Shown in pieces: positions 24,531 to 39,269 of a stretch of 64,000 bases of DNA (its first letter is position 1; every line of letters begins with the position of its first letter). The notes below the pieces were generated by a model. It searched no databases, was not told where the DNA came from, and saw nothing but the letters and a program-made list of their open reading frames with translations. Source of the DNA: the human T2T-CHM13v2.0 reference genome, Homo sapiens; the NCBI RefSeq assembly GCF_009914755.1, contig NC_060939.1, one strand, 5' to 3'. The position numbers and the translations under genes were made by a program.

Positions 24531-27264
24531 CATCAATAGCACATGGCTCATGAAATGTTCTGAGGCCCCCACAGGAAGGGGGATGCCATCTTAACAAACA
24601 CTTAGCCATGGAAGCCTCTTCACTTCTGCAGACCTGAAACTCCTCTCCACAGGAAGAGACATCTGGGCAGCCCAGCCTGGGGATATCCCTTCCAGCCCCC
24701 AAGGCAGCACCCAGCAGCACTGGAGAAACCAAACAGATCAAAGTAGCACTGCAAGATCTCTGAAAATTAAATCTTCATTTGAACAACAGGCTATGTAAAT
24801 AGTCTATAACCTGTGTGCTAAACTTAAACAGGTTGACTGCCTGCTGAAATAAAACAGTTATTTATGACTCAGAGTCTCCTAAAATAATAGACAAAATATC
24901 CAGGATACAATCAAAAGTCACCTGTCATATCAGAAACTGAGAAAATCACAACTTGAATGGGAAAGGACAAACACCTGATGCCAACACTGAGATATATCGG
25001 ATGCTGGATTATCTTAAAAGGATTTTAAAGCAGCCTTCCTAAAAATGTCTCAACAATCAGTTAACAACTTCTCTTGGAACAAGTGAAAAATGAAAAACTA
25101 TGGGAAGAAACAAAAGATATAGAAAAAAGAACCAAATGGAAATGATAGATCTAAAATATACAATAACAGAATTTCTTTTTTTTAATTTTATATCATCAAT
25201 ACAAATTTTACAGCATCTTCAATCTGAAAACATCCTAAGAGCAATCTCTTCCTTGAAGAAGGCCGTGTGTGTGTGTATACATATATATATTTACATGAAC
25301 TATATGTATATGTGTGTGTATTTACATGAACTACCCTTCTTAGAGCTCCCAGAGTGGTTTTTCCGGGTCTGTTACAACCTTTATCACATTCTCTCTTGTA
25401 TTGTAGTGATACAGAGCAAAAATGTAAACGAGACCTGGTGCCTTCCCTCATGTGAGGAAGCAGTTTGATATAGACATCTCAGGGTAAGATTAGGTTACTG
25501 TGGAAGCTCATAGTGGAGGAATTAATGTAGAATTGGAGACATCAAGGAAGGCTTCCTAGAAGGCGTCATGTCTGAGTATTAAACTACAGGTTAGACTGAG
25601 CCACACATGAAGAGAAGTTAGAGGACCCAGAATTCAGGTATTTTACTATTCAAATTGAGGCTTTCTAGTAACCAAAAGGTTGGGATACATTCTCAAAGCA
25701 GGAAACAGCATAAATTACAGCCTGCAAGACTTAGCTACCCTTGAGCGCTATATTTCATGGGCTTTTCACTACAACTGCTTTCATTTCAGATCCCTCAACT
25801 CATGCTCTCTCTCACCTTTGAGGTCTAGCACATGTAGTAGGATAATGTGGGAGCATTTTCTCTTACAGAAACAAGAACTGCAGCTCAGGTGGTGGTACAC
25901 ATGCTCAGTTCCTGCCACACCCCTTAAGATGAGTCATCCTGTCTGGACATGAAGAAAGGCCCCTGGGGCTCCACATGCCAAAAGGTATGTCTAAGGGTAT
26001 GTCAGAGGCAGCCGGGCAGGTGCTGACATCTGGGGTACCTGGCCTGCCTGGAGCTGGCACCTCAGCCCTCCTTTCTCCTTCACACTTCTGAGTCACCGTG
26101 GGAAAGTGTATCAGCCAGTGCCCATCCGTCATGGGGCATTTGTTCAACATCAAAGCCTCACTGCCCTTCATTGACATAATTTGAGGCATTCCGAGGTTAT
26201 CAGGGATTTGCTAGCCTGTCAGAGCCAGGGAATGGGCAGGCTGTCTGGGGAGGATGTGCCATCCAGGAGGGATGCCATTTTGATGTACCTGTTTGGTCAC
26301 TGGCTCTAACTGGTCCATGGACAGGCTGGACAGCATCAAGGTGTGAAGAAAAGAGCTTGGGCTTTAGAGCCAACCCTGACTCATCACCTCCCAGAGTCAA
26401 AGCCTTGGAAAGATACCCAGATCTCTGGAGCTTCAGTTTCCTCCAAGGTAGAAGAGAGAAGATAGCACAGTTCTGAAGGCTGGAAGTCCAAGATCCAGGT
26501 ACCAGCATTTGGGGTCTGATGAGTGCTACATCCTCACGCAGTGGAAGAGCAAGCCCAATAACAGAATTTCTTAAAGCTTCTTGATATGCACTCAATAGTA
26601 GAGATAATAAAGAAAAGAATCAGTGAATTTGAGGGCAAATCAATAGAATTCACCCAATCTAAACAGCAAGGAGAAAATATATTTTTTTAAAAGGGCAGAG
26701 GTGGAATGGAGCCTCAGGGAACTGTAGAACTATTTTTAAAATCTAATATTCATGTCACTGGAGTACTAGAAGGATAAAAGAATTAGAGCAAGGTTAGAAA
26801 AGTACAGTAAGGAATAAAGGCTGAAATTTTCCCAATTTGGCAAAAGACACAAACCTACAAATTCAAGAAGATGAACAAACCCTAGGAACAGGATAACACG
26901 ATGAACCCAAAGAAATCCATATCAAAATAAATCATCAACTTTCAAAGACTAAAGACAAAGAAAAACCTTGAATGCAGCCAGAAAGTACTATGCGTTACCT
27001 ACAGGAAAACACAAATTCAAATGGCAGCAAATTTCTTCTCTGACACCAGGAGAGAGGGAAGGAAATGGTACAACATTTTTCAAGTACTGAAGAAAAGCAC
27101 TGTCAACCATACATTCTATATCCAGTGAAACTATCCTTGAGGAATAAAGAGGAAATAAATACACTCTCAGATAAAGAAAAAGAATTTTTTACTAGCAGAC
27201 CTACCCTTAAAGATTGGCTAAAAGAAGTTCTTCAAAGATAAAGAAAATTACAAAAAATAAGACA

Positions 27265-27620
<356 letters not shown>

Positions 27621-27944
27621 TTATTCCTTTCCCTATGAGTTGTATAGATCGATTTGATGATTTAAACAAAAGTTATGTTGCCATCTGATACTCAAGAAAA
27701 GATAAAGGAATCTTAATGGAAGTGGTATTGTCACACTTCACTCAAAGTGGTAATTCTAATAAGTCATGTATGTATACTGTAGTCCTCTGAGCAACCACTC
27801 CAAAACTATACAAAGAGAAACACTAAAAAATACTATAAATGAATCAAAATAGAACTGTAAAAAATGTTCAAGTAACACACAGAAAATCAAGACAAAAGAA
27901 ACATGGGTATGTACTGGAAACAGAGGAAATAAAGAGAAAATAAA

Positions 27945-28265
27945 TACAGTAATCCTTCAGTATCCATGGGGAATTGGTTCCAGGACCTCTGTGGATACCA
28001 AACTCCATAGATGTTCAGGTCCCTTATTTAAAGGGGCATAGTATTTGCATATAAACTAAGCACATTCTTCTGTATACTTTAAATGATCCCTAGATTACTT
28101 ATAGTACCTAATACAATGCCTATGCATCTCATCACTTGCATGGATTCAACATAGTAGTCAGTGCACAGAAAATTCAAGTTTTGCTTTTTGGAAGTTTATG
28201 GGAATTTTTTTTACCTGTAGTTGGTTGAACCCATGGATGCAAAAGCTATGGATATGAAAGAGCAA
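27945..28265. mobile_element. MER2 (TcMar-Tigger) DNA transposon
   Basis: cagtaatccttcagtatccatggggaattggttccaggacc...ggttgaacccatggatgc. Confidence 0.8.
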
Positions 28266-29622
28266 CTTTAATTGAAATGGCATATTTAAGCATTAACATA
28301 TCAATAATTACCTTAAATGTAAATTTTCTAAACATATCAACCAAAACACAGAGACCGGAAGAAAGGATTGAAAAAATAACCCAACTATATGCTGGAAAAA
28401 GATATGTTACACACAAAAAAAATCTAAGCAAGAGACTATATTAATACCAGCTAAGTAGACTTCAAAATAAAGAAAATTACTAGAGGGACAGAAAATTATT
28501 AAATAATGATAAATAGGTCAATCCACCAGGAAGATACAACAATCCTAAATATGTATGCACCAAACAACAGAGCAGCAAAATACATGAAGTGAAAAACTGC
28601 TAGAGCTGAAAGAAAAAACAAATTCATGTTTATAATTGGGAACATAAATAACTCACCCTCAGAAACTAATAGAAATGCTACACAGAAAATAATTCAAAAT
28701 ATGGAAGAACTGAACAACACTGAACCAAAGGGATTTAATACACATATATAAAACACTTCACTCCAAAACAGGAGAATACAGTTTTTTTCAAGTTCCCATG
28801 AAAGATTTACCAAGATGTATCATATTCTGGGTCACAAAAAAAATTCCGCAAATGTAAAAAAATAAACTCATACAGAGTATGTTCTTCAACTATAATGGAA
28901 TAAAGTTAGAAACTAACAGAAAGACAATAGAAAAATCTCTAAATGCATGGAAATTAACCAACATACTTCTAAATAGTCTATGGGTCAATGAAGAGGTCTC
29001 AAAGTAAATTTTAAAATATATAGAACTGAATTTTAATGAAAATGCAACACATAGAAACATATAGGGTGCAACCGAAATATAACTGTGACAAAACTTTATA
29101 ACACTAAATGTTAACATTGGAAAAGAAAGGAAATCTCATATCAACAATCTAAGTTCCTACCTCAAAAACACTTGCCAAAAAAGAGTAAAATGCATCAAAA
29201 GAAAGCTTAAGGAAAGAAACAATAAAGATCACAGAAGAAATCTATTGAGTTAATATAGGACAATACTAATGAAAATCAAAGGAGAAAAGGCTGTTTCTTT
29301 GGGTAAAATCAGTTAAATTGACAAACTTCTAAAAAGACTGACCAAAAATTAAAGGAGAGAGACACAAATCACCAATATCAGGAATGAAATAGGAAATTTT
29401 ACTACATATATTTCAGACATTAAAATGATAATAAAGGAATATTATCAACAACTTTACGCTCACAAATTTGGCAACTAAAAAGAAACAAACCAATTCCTCA
29501 AAAAACACAAAGTATGAAAACACAGATAAAATCTATAATCTGAATAGCCCTTTAGCCATGAAAGACGTTGAATTATTAATTTGAAAGTTTCCTTTTAAAA
29601 AAAGATTCCAGACTCCTGGTTT

Positions 29623-30712
29623 TATTGCAGGAAGTCAGGGACCCCAAATGGAGGGACCGGCTGGAGCCGTGGCAGAGGAACATAAATTGTGAAGATTTCA
29701 TATTAATATGGACATTTATCAGTTCCTGAATAATACTTTTATAATTTCTTATGCCTGTCTTTACTTTAATCTCTTAATCCTGTTATCTTCATAAGCTGAG
29801 GATGTACGTCACCTCAGGACCACTGTGATAATTGTGTTAACTGTACAAATTGATTGTAAAACACGTGTGTTTGAACAATATGAAATCAGGGCACCCTGAA
29901 AAAGTACAGAATAACAGCGATTTTTATGGAACAAGGGAAGACAACCTTAAGGTCTGACTGCCTGTGGGGTCAGGCAAAAAGAGCCATATTTTTCTTCTTG
30001 CAGAGAGCCAATAAATGGACGTGCAAGTAGGAAATATATCACTAAATTCTTTTCCTAGCAAGGAATATTAATATTAATACCCTGGGAAAGGAATGCATTC
30101 CTGGGGGGAGGTCTATAAACGGCCACTCTGGGAATGTCTGTATTATGCAGTTGAGATAAGGACTGAGATATGCCCTGGTCTCTTGCAGAACCCTCGGACT
30201 TACTAGGGTGGGGAAAAACTCCACCCTGGTAAATTTGTAGTCAGACCAGTTCTCTGCTCTCGAACCCTGTTTTCTGTTGTTTAAGATGTTTATCAAGACA
30301 ATACGTGCACCGCTGAACATAGACCCTTATCAGTGGTTCTGCTTTTGCCCTTTGCTTTATGATCTTTGTTGGACCCTTATCAGTGGTTCTGCTTTTGCCC
30401 TTTGTTCTGTTCCCTCAGAAGCATGTGATCTTTGTTAGACCCTTATTAGTGGTTCTGCTTTTTGCTCTTTGATGCATGTGATCTTTGTACTTACTCTCTG
30501 TTCTTACACCCCCTCCCCTTTTGAAACCCTTAATAAAAGCTTGCTGGTCTGAGACTCAGGCAGGCATCACAGTCCTACCAATATGTGATGTCACCCCCAG
30601 CAGCCCACCTGTAAAATTCCTCTCTTTGTACTGTCTCTATTTCTCAGCTGGCTGACACTTATGGATAATAGAAAGAACCTACGTTGAAATATTGGGGGCA
30701 GGTTCCCCAATA
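29623..30712 (+). mobile_element. MER11 solo LTR (HERV-K11/HML-8)
   Basis: t(a)ttgcaggaagtcagggacccc start, internal agacccttatcagtggttctgc repeats, ggttccccaata end. Confidence 0.9.
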
Positions 30713-31107
30713 CTGTTTCACTAGAAAATTCTACCAGGCCTTTGTCTCCCACTCCCACCAGAGCTTGGGATTTATCTCTACTGTTCCATGTCCACCACCT
30801 CTGGAGCCCCCAGTGACTTTGTCACAGCCTCTGTTGCCCTGTGATCTGCAGGTACTGGGAGACGCATAGCTAAGATGCCAGGACATCCTGAAAGCTGGGA
30901 AATGAAACTGTTTACATTCAGGAATGTGGCCATAGAATTCTCTCTGGACGAGTGGAAATACTGGAACCTGCTTAGCAGAATTCGTATAGAGATGTGCTTT
31001 AAAAGAAGGACAGAAACCTGATCTCTGGGTCTTGATGTCTCTAAGCTAAACCTGGTGACCTTTTCGAAGGAAAGAAAAGAGTGAGGAGACAGTAGCCATA
31101 CAGCCAG

Positions 31108-31756
31108 GTGTGATTGTATATATCTGCTAAGCATCTTAGTGATTTGACTCTCCTGCTTCAGCCCAGCCCACAGATGAGATTGTGACATATTGACTCTGCA
31201 CCTTGAAGATGTGACTCTCTTTTCCAGCCTTGGTGCTGCCCACAGGTGGCATTGTGACATATGGCTGGGCCTTTCATCCAAATGATGTGTGATTGTGACG
31301 TACACCTCTGTCTGGAACCTGAATGACTTGACTTTTCTGCCTGGTCCCAACCCAAAAGTCATGTGACTCTTCTTCAGCCTGCACCCTACCACAAAAGGAT
31401 TGTGATGCATCACTGCACTCAGCACCTAGATGATGTAACTCTCACCTTTTGCCTGGACCTTGCATATTTAAGGTTGGATTGTGACATATACTTTAGCCCA
31501 GCTCAGAGTTGTGATGATGACACTCATACCACAAACCAGCCAACAGAAGAGATGCTGGCATTTGTAGCTAGACTTAGAGAAAGGAATAAATTCCTGGGTC
31601 TTCTGTAGGCAATGTAACTCTCCTTCCTGGGTCCTGCCTATAGGAAGCATAAGGACCTGTCTGTGTATCCATCACCCAGCTGTTGTGACTCTCCTTTTTT
31701 GACTGAAACCTGCCACAAAGGGTGATTGTGACATATCACTGGGCCCAGAACCTAGT
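31108..31756 (+). repeat. Diverged beta-satellite (BSR)-like repeats
   Basis: Recurring gattgtgacatat / gatgtgactct units. Confidence 0.75.
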
Positions 31757-32177
31757 CTCTGGTGTGTCTTTATTAGCAGTGTGAGAACAGACTAATACAG
31801 TAAATTGGTACCAGCAGAATGGGGCATTGCTGAAAAGATAGCCGAAAATGTGGAAGCAACTTTGGAACCGGGTGACAGGCAGAGGTTGGAACAGTTTGGA
31901 GGGCTCAGAATACAGAAGAATGTGGGGAAGTGTGGGACTTCCTACAGACTTGTTGAATGGCTTTGACCAAAATGCTGATAGCGATATGGACAATAAAGTC
32001 CAGGCTGAGGTGGTCCCAGACGGACCTGAGGAACTTGCTGGGAACTGGAGCAAAGGTGACTCTTCTTATGTTTTAGCAAAGAGACTGGTGGCATTTTGCC
32101 CCTTCCCTAGAGATTTGTGGAACTTTGAACTTGAGAGAGATGACTTAGGGTATCTGGAGGAAGAAATTTCTAAGCAG

Positions 32178-33174
<997 letters not shown>

Positions 33175-33427
33175 ATGAACTTTATAAGCAGCAAAGCATT
33201 CAAGAGGTGACTTGGGTTCTGTTAAAGGTATTCAGCTTTAAAAAGAAAACAGAGCATAAAAGTTTGGAAAATTTGCAGCCTGACAATGCAATAGAATAGA
33301 AAATCTCATTTTTTGAGGAGAAATTTAAGCCAGCTGCAGAAATTTGCATAAGTAATGAGAAGCCGAATGTTAATTCCCAAGACAATGGGGAAAATGTCTC
33401 CAGGGCATGTCAGAAATCTTCTTGGCA

Positions 33428-33764
<337 letters not shown>

Positions 33765-35711
33765 CTAAAAGAAAAATATAGTTTCCTGGGTCGGGCCCAG
33801 TGCCTCCCTGCCCTGTGTAGCCCAGGGACTTGGTGCCCTGCATTCCAGCCAGTCCAGTCATGGTTATATAGTTTCCTGGGTCGGGCCCAGCACCTCCCTG
33901 CTCTGTGCAGCCCAGGGACTTGGTGCCCTGCATTCCAACCAGTCCAGCCATGGCTAAAAGGAGCCAAGGCAGAGCTCGGGCTGTTGCTTCAGACAGTGGA
34001 AGCCCCAAGCCTTGGCAGCTTTCACGTGCTGTTGAGCCTGCAGGTGCATGGAAGTCAAGAATTGAGGTTTGGAACCCTCCACCTAGATTTCAAAGAATGT
34101 ATGGGAACACCTGGATGTCCAGGAGAAGTTTGCTGCAGGGGCGGGGCCTTCATGAAGAACCTCTGCTAGGACAGTGCAGCAGAAAAATGTGGGGTCAGAG
34201 GTGCCACACTGAGGAGTCCCTACTGGGGCACCACCTAGTGGAGCTGTGAGAAGCTCCCAGATCCCAGAATGGTAGATCCACTGACAGCTTGCACCGTGCG
34301 CCTGGAAAATCCGCAGACACTCAACACTCAACCAGCCCGTGAAGGCAGCGGGGACGGAGGCTGTACCCTGCAGAGCCACAGGGACCGAGCTGCCCAAGAC
34401 CATGGGAACCCACCTCTTGCATCAGCATGACCCGGATGTGGGACATGGTGTCAAAGGAGGTCATTTTGGAGCTTTAAGAAATCCTGCTGGATTTTGGACT
34501 TGCATGGGGCCTGTAGCCCCTTGGTTTTGGCCCATTTCTCCCATTTGGAATGGCTGTATTTACCAAATGCTTGTACCCCCATTATATCTAGGAAGTAACT
34601 AACTTGCTTTTGATTTTGCAGGCTCATAGGCGGAAGGGACTTGCCTTGTCTCAGATGAGACATTGGACTGTGTACTTTCGAGTTAATGCTGAAATTAGTT
34701 AAGACTTTGGGGAACTGTTGAAGGCATGATTGGTTTTGCAATGTAAAGACATTAGATTTGGGAGGGGCCAGGGTGAAATGATATGGTTTGGCTGTGTCCC
34801 CACCCAAATCTCATCTTGAATTGTAACTCCCACAATTCCCACAAGTCATGGGAGGAACACAGTGGGAGGTGATTAAATTATGGGGATGGGACTCTCCTGC
34901 ACTGTTCTCGTGATAGTGAATGAATTTCAGAATATCTGATGGTTGTAAAAACAGGAGTTTTCCTGCACAAGCTCTCTCTTTGCCTGCTGCTATCCATGTA
35001 AAATGTGACTTGCTTCTCCTCGTCTTTTGCCATGATTGTGAGGCCTCCCCAGACACAAAGAACTGTAAGTCCATTAAATCTCTTTCTTCCCTGTCTCAGG
35101 TATGTCTTTATCAGCAGCGTGAGAACAGACTAATAAAGCCAGTAACTGAATAAAAGGTTGAATTATGGATCATATGGTAGGTAAAATAAATAAAAGTGTG
35201 CAAAAAATACTTGGGCTTTATTTGGGCCCCATTCTTTACATTGTTGTGACTTCCAGTGTTTTCACCTGAAGGGATATTTATGAACAGAAGGGTTGTTATT
35301 ATTATTTGTATTTTTTACCTTGCTAAAAATACATATTAATCTCTTAATAAAATTATCCTAGCAAATCTTAAACAACAAAATAAAAATTCTACTGAACATG
35401 TAAAGAACTAGCATCAATTCTATATAATCTTTTCCAGAAGATAAAACAGGAAGGAACACTTTCCAACTCATTTTGTGAAGCCAAAATCAGACAAAGCTAG
35501 CATAAAGGAAACTATAGATCAATATATCTCATAAAGTTAAAAATCCCCAACAAAATGTTAGCAAACTGAATCCATGAATACGTGAAAATAATTATACACC
35601 ATGACCACAGGGGATTTATTTCAGGTATGCATGGTTGGCTCAATATTTGAAAATTAATCAATGTAATCTAACCATATCAAAAGGCTAAAGAAGAAAAACC
35701 ATATTATTTTC

Positions 35712-35955
35712 TTCTGAAGCTTCCAGAAGTAGCACAGCCCTCTCTAATAGACTGAGTTTAGATTTCTGACCTCCAAAAATGTAAAAGAATAAATTCGGGT
35801 TAAGCCACTCAATTTCTGTTAATTTGTGCAGCAATAGGAGATGAACACACATGATAATAGGGACTTTGCTGATGTGATTAAGTTGAGGACCCGGAGAAGG
35901 GGAAATTATTCTAACCAATAGAGGTGGGCGCAATCCAATCACAAGGGCTCTTATG
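35712..35955 (+). mobile_element. MLT1 LTR fragments
   Basis: gatttctgacctcca...gcagcaatagga and gggactttgctgatgtgattaag motifs. Confidence 0.65.
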
Positions 35956-36544
35956 ATTATTTTAGAAATTTATGATTAGGTTAGAAATCCTATGATTAGG
36001 TTAGAAATGTTAGAAACATTTTACAAATAAGGATTTCCTTTTCTTTCTTGTAAAGCTTCAACCAGCCCCATCATTCACTGATGTACAGAATTCCTTTTCC
36101 AGTCCTTGGTTTCTCACTCAGTTCCTTTGACAAGGAGGTTATTCTACAGCGAAGGCAGTGCATCACACCAGAACTCACTGGTCGTACCATGTGCTCCATT
36201 ACCCAGAAGCAGCTGACTTGATAGAACAGTGGCCTGCTAAAGCTTCAGAGGTACTATTTGCTGCAATCCAAAAGTCAGCAAAGTTGGGGTGCCACCCTAC
36301 AGCATGCAGTATGTGCTTAAACAAATTACCAATGAATGTCACTATCTCTGTCACAGCCCACTGGGAAGCACTGGTGTGGGAAACAAAGGAGTGAGATAGG
36401 AGCACTCCCTCCCTTATTACTATACCCAGTGACCCACTTCAGCAATTTTTGCCCCCTGTCTTAATTATCTTGAGCTCAGTGGATTTGCGGGTCCTAATAT
36501 CCAAGGAAACACAACTAATAAAGGTACCATTACCTTTATTACCT

Positions 36545-37112
36545 GAGGTGGGATAGGCAGTCAAGGCAGTGACTATGTTCTCAGGATGCGGCAACCATGG
36601 TGACCGTGCAGTCAACAAAATAAGCCTCAGCATTTGCATTGTAATTGAGCTATTCAAGCAAAGCTATCTTCAGTAGGGACTTTCCCCTCTAGAGAGCATG
36701 TGCAATTTGACTTTACCTGCCCTCATTATAATAGCAAAAAACATACCCCTGGGTGGAGATTTAAGATGCTAATGAGACATATGATATATGAACAAGCATG
36801 TACAGCTACTGCGCACATGCACCCAGAGGAACACCCAGAACATTCTTACTAGCAACACCTCTCCCACCTCCTTATAAATAATCATGTAAGACTCCCATAC
36901 TGGGAGCCTCCCTAGTGCTGGTCTTTGTTGTCTCATCCTTATGAGCGGCCCGTCCTGAATTTCTCTCTCTCTCAGGGTGTACTGCCTATTCTGCACCTAA
37001 CTTTCAAAGTATTCTTTTTCTTTTGCAATACTCTATGCTGCACTTCTTTTGCTATGTGTCTCTTGTTTAAATTCTCTTAAACCAAGAAGACAAGAACCAA
37101 GGTATCACAACA
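36545..37112 (+). mobile_element. ERV1-class solo LTR (family not assigned)
   Basis: TG...CA element of ~570 bp with a TATA-like box and an LTR-like U5 region. Confidence 0.6.
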
Positions 37113-39269
37113 GGTGTCAGCATTTCATTGGAAGCTGAGAATCCTCCCTGGCCATGTGAAGCTCCACATGTCTTGTGACCATCAAGCAGACAAGGAGAGT
37201 CCCTCTACTGTCCAAGATAACTGCTTTCAATTCTCAGAGGGAACTAGGTTGCTGCTTCCTCATGCTGGCAAGAACTGGCCGGGAGCTGGGCATTCACAGG
37301 TGTGCCTCCTTACATTCCAGTAGTCCCAGTTCATGCACACCTTGGCACTCGAGTACAGACACAACACCAAGGTCTCAGGTCCTATGAGAATGATGGTTTG
37401 GGTCACCTCAACAGTGGATAAAAACCACGTATCTGAAGTGGTGGCAGAGGTCAGGGGAACGTGGCATTAAAGAAGTGAGTTAACTAACAATTCAGACTTC
37501 AGAATCAGCTCTGGAAGCCGGGGCTATAGCAGCTCTGTTTTATGGTATTTTGTTGCTTCTCTTCCCCCACTTATTCTCCATTGTCATAATAGGAAGAGCA
37601 TTGGGATAGCTAACATTTTAAGTTTCAGGTGTTACTGAACCAACATCACCCCATATCACACAGTAGCTGATGGGATATTGTACAGCTCTTGTTTTGAGGA
37701 CAAGTGATTTTCTCTTGGACTGGACAAACGATGTTTTTAAAATCCTAACAGGCACAAGTGGAGGACTGTCTGGGGCTATCCCTCATTGCCCTTTAGTCCT
37801 GCCCCTGGTCTTCTCCCCAGCCTTCTCCCCAGCCCTGCTGCTGGCAGCTCTCCCATCTTCTGGAATCCAGGTAAGTCTGGCCAATGGGAGACACTGGCAG
37901 GACTTGATGGGTGGGAGGAACAAGGTCACTGAATCTCCTGGCTCCTCTGGCCAGGCCACAGGTGATCACAGGCCACTAGAGCTCCCATCTCCCCTTTGCC
38001 CCTCAGGCCCATGAGGTCGTGGCCTCTTTTCTTCAGGAGTTCAGCACACCCATTCTTTCCCCAAACCTGACCTTTGAGCACATAATCTCTTTCTTTCCTG
38101 AGAAAGACCCTACCTCGCAAGGAGGGTGGAAAATAGTCACCACCCAATGCTCAAAGATGTTCCTTACATGACTGTTTCAAGAGGAAAAAGATAGACAATA
38201 ACCTAAATGTCAACAAAAGGGGAAAAGCTGATGATAGCCTATCCACTTACAATGTAACATTGCACAGATTTTTAAATGATGATACAGAAATACATGCACA
38301 TGTAAGTCCCCAGACCTAAGTCCCCAGACGTAGCAGGTCACAACTGTTCAACCCAATAGGGCCCTGCTCACCTGGAGTATCCAGGGCAGCCATGTGAGGC
38401 TGGGGACACAAGACTTCAGCGAGTTGTGCCCAAGGAGCCAGGGGTTTCTGAGAGAACAGGGTTGCCCACCCAGAGCCACTGTGACCAGAAGGGTCCTGGC
38501 AGGGGGCGGAGGGGGAGAGCACTCAACTCATCTGACCTCTGAAATGTATTCATAAAATGAAAGGATTTGATTAAATAATGTCTAATATTCCCTCTGATGG
38601 AAATTCCATCATCATGCAGTTTCCAGGCTGCAGTCCTGAACTACGGTGTGGAAAGCATGAGAAACCCCACTGATTCCTTCCAGGCACAGAATATCTGCAA
38701 ATTTTGAAGTCATGAAAAAAAAGTTGTTGTTGTTGTTGTTTTTTTCTATTTTTAGCAAAGAAGGACTTCTGGGGAAAATTTAAATACGTGAAATGCTTTC
38801 TTTTTATGAAGCTTAGATGATTTCCTAACTTTGGGAACACTAAGATGTATCAACGATTTGATTTACTCAACAAATTATTATGCTTGGAATATTATATTTA
38901 AGTGGAACTTATTCGTATCATAATTATAGATTGACTAATTAAATTTATTTTTGAGTGCTTTTCCTTTTCCCAAATTAAAGTATAAATTGGTAAATTTGAA
39001 GAAATCCAGTTCCTGGGTTGTTTCAGTTAACTTAAAAATAAACAAAAGACATCGCCAAGCCTATGGTAAATCTTGCACTCCTAAAACGTCTCTGAGCACG
39101 CACTGAATCCCAGGTTCCCAGGACACGCAGGGGCCTCTCCTGGCAGTGACTGTCCATCTCTGGCGAGTCCCACCTCACACAAAGAGCTAGTGTGAAGTGC
39201 CACCAGGGAAACAGAGGGACTTTGGAGATTTAGGAAAGGCTTTGGGAACTCTTCCTCTGCAGGCTGGGG

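Noticed and set aside
30320-30490. Spaced direct repeats resembling a CRISPR array
   Set aside because: These are internal tandem repeats of the MER11 LTR in a primate genome.
30778-31425. 215-aa minus-strand ORF
   Set aside because: Antisense of the KRAB retrocopy and satellite; a chance open frame.
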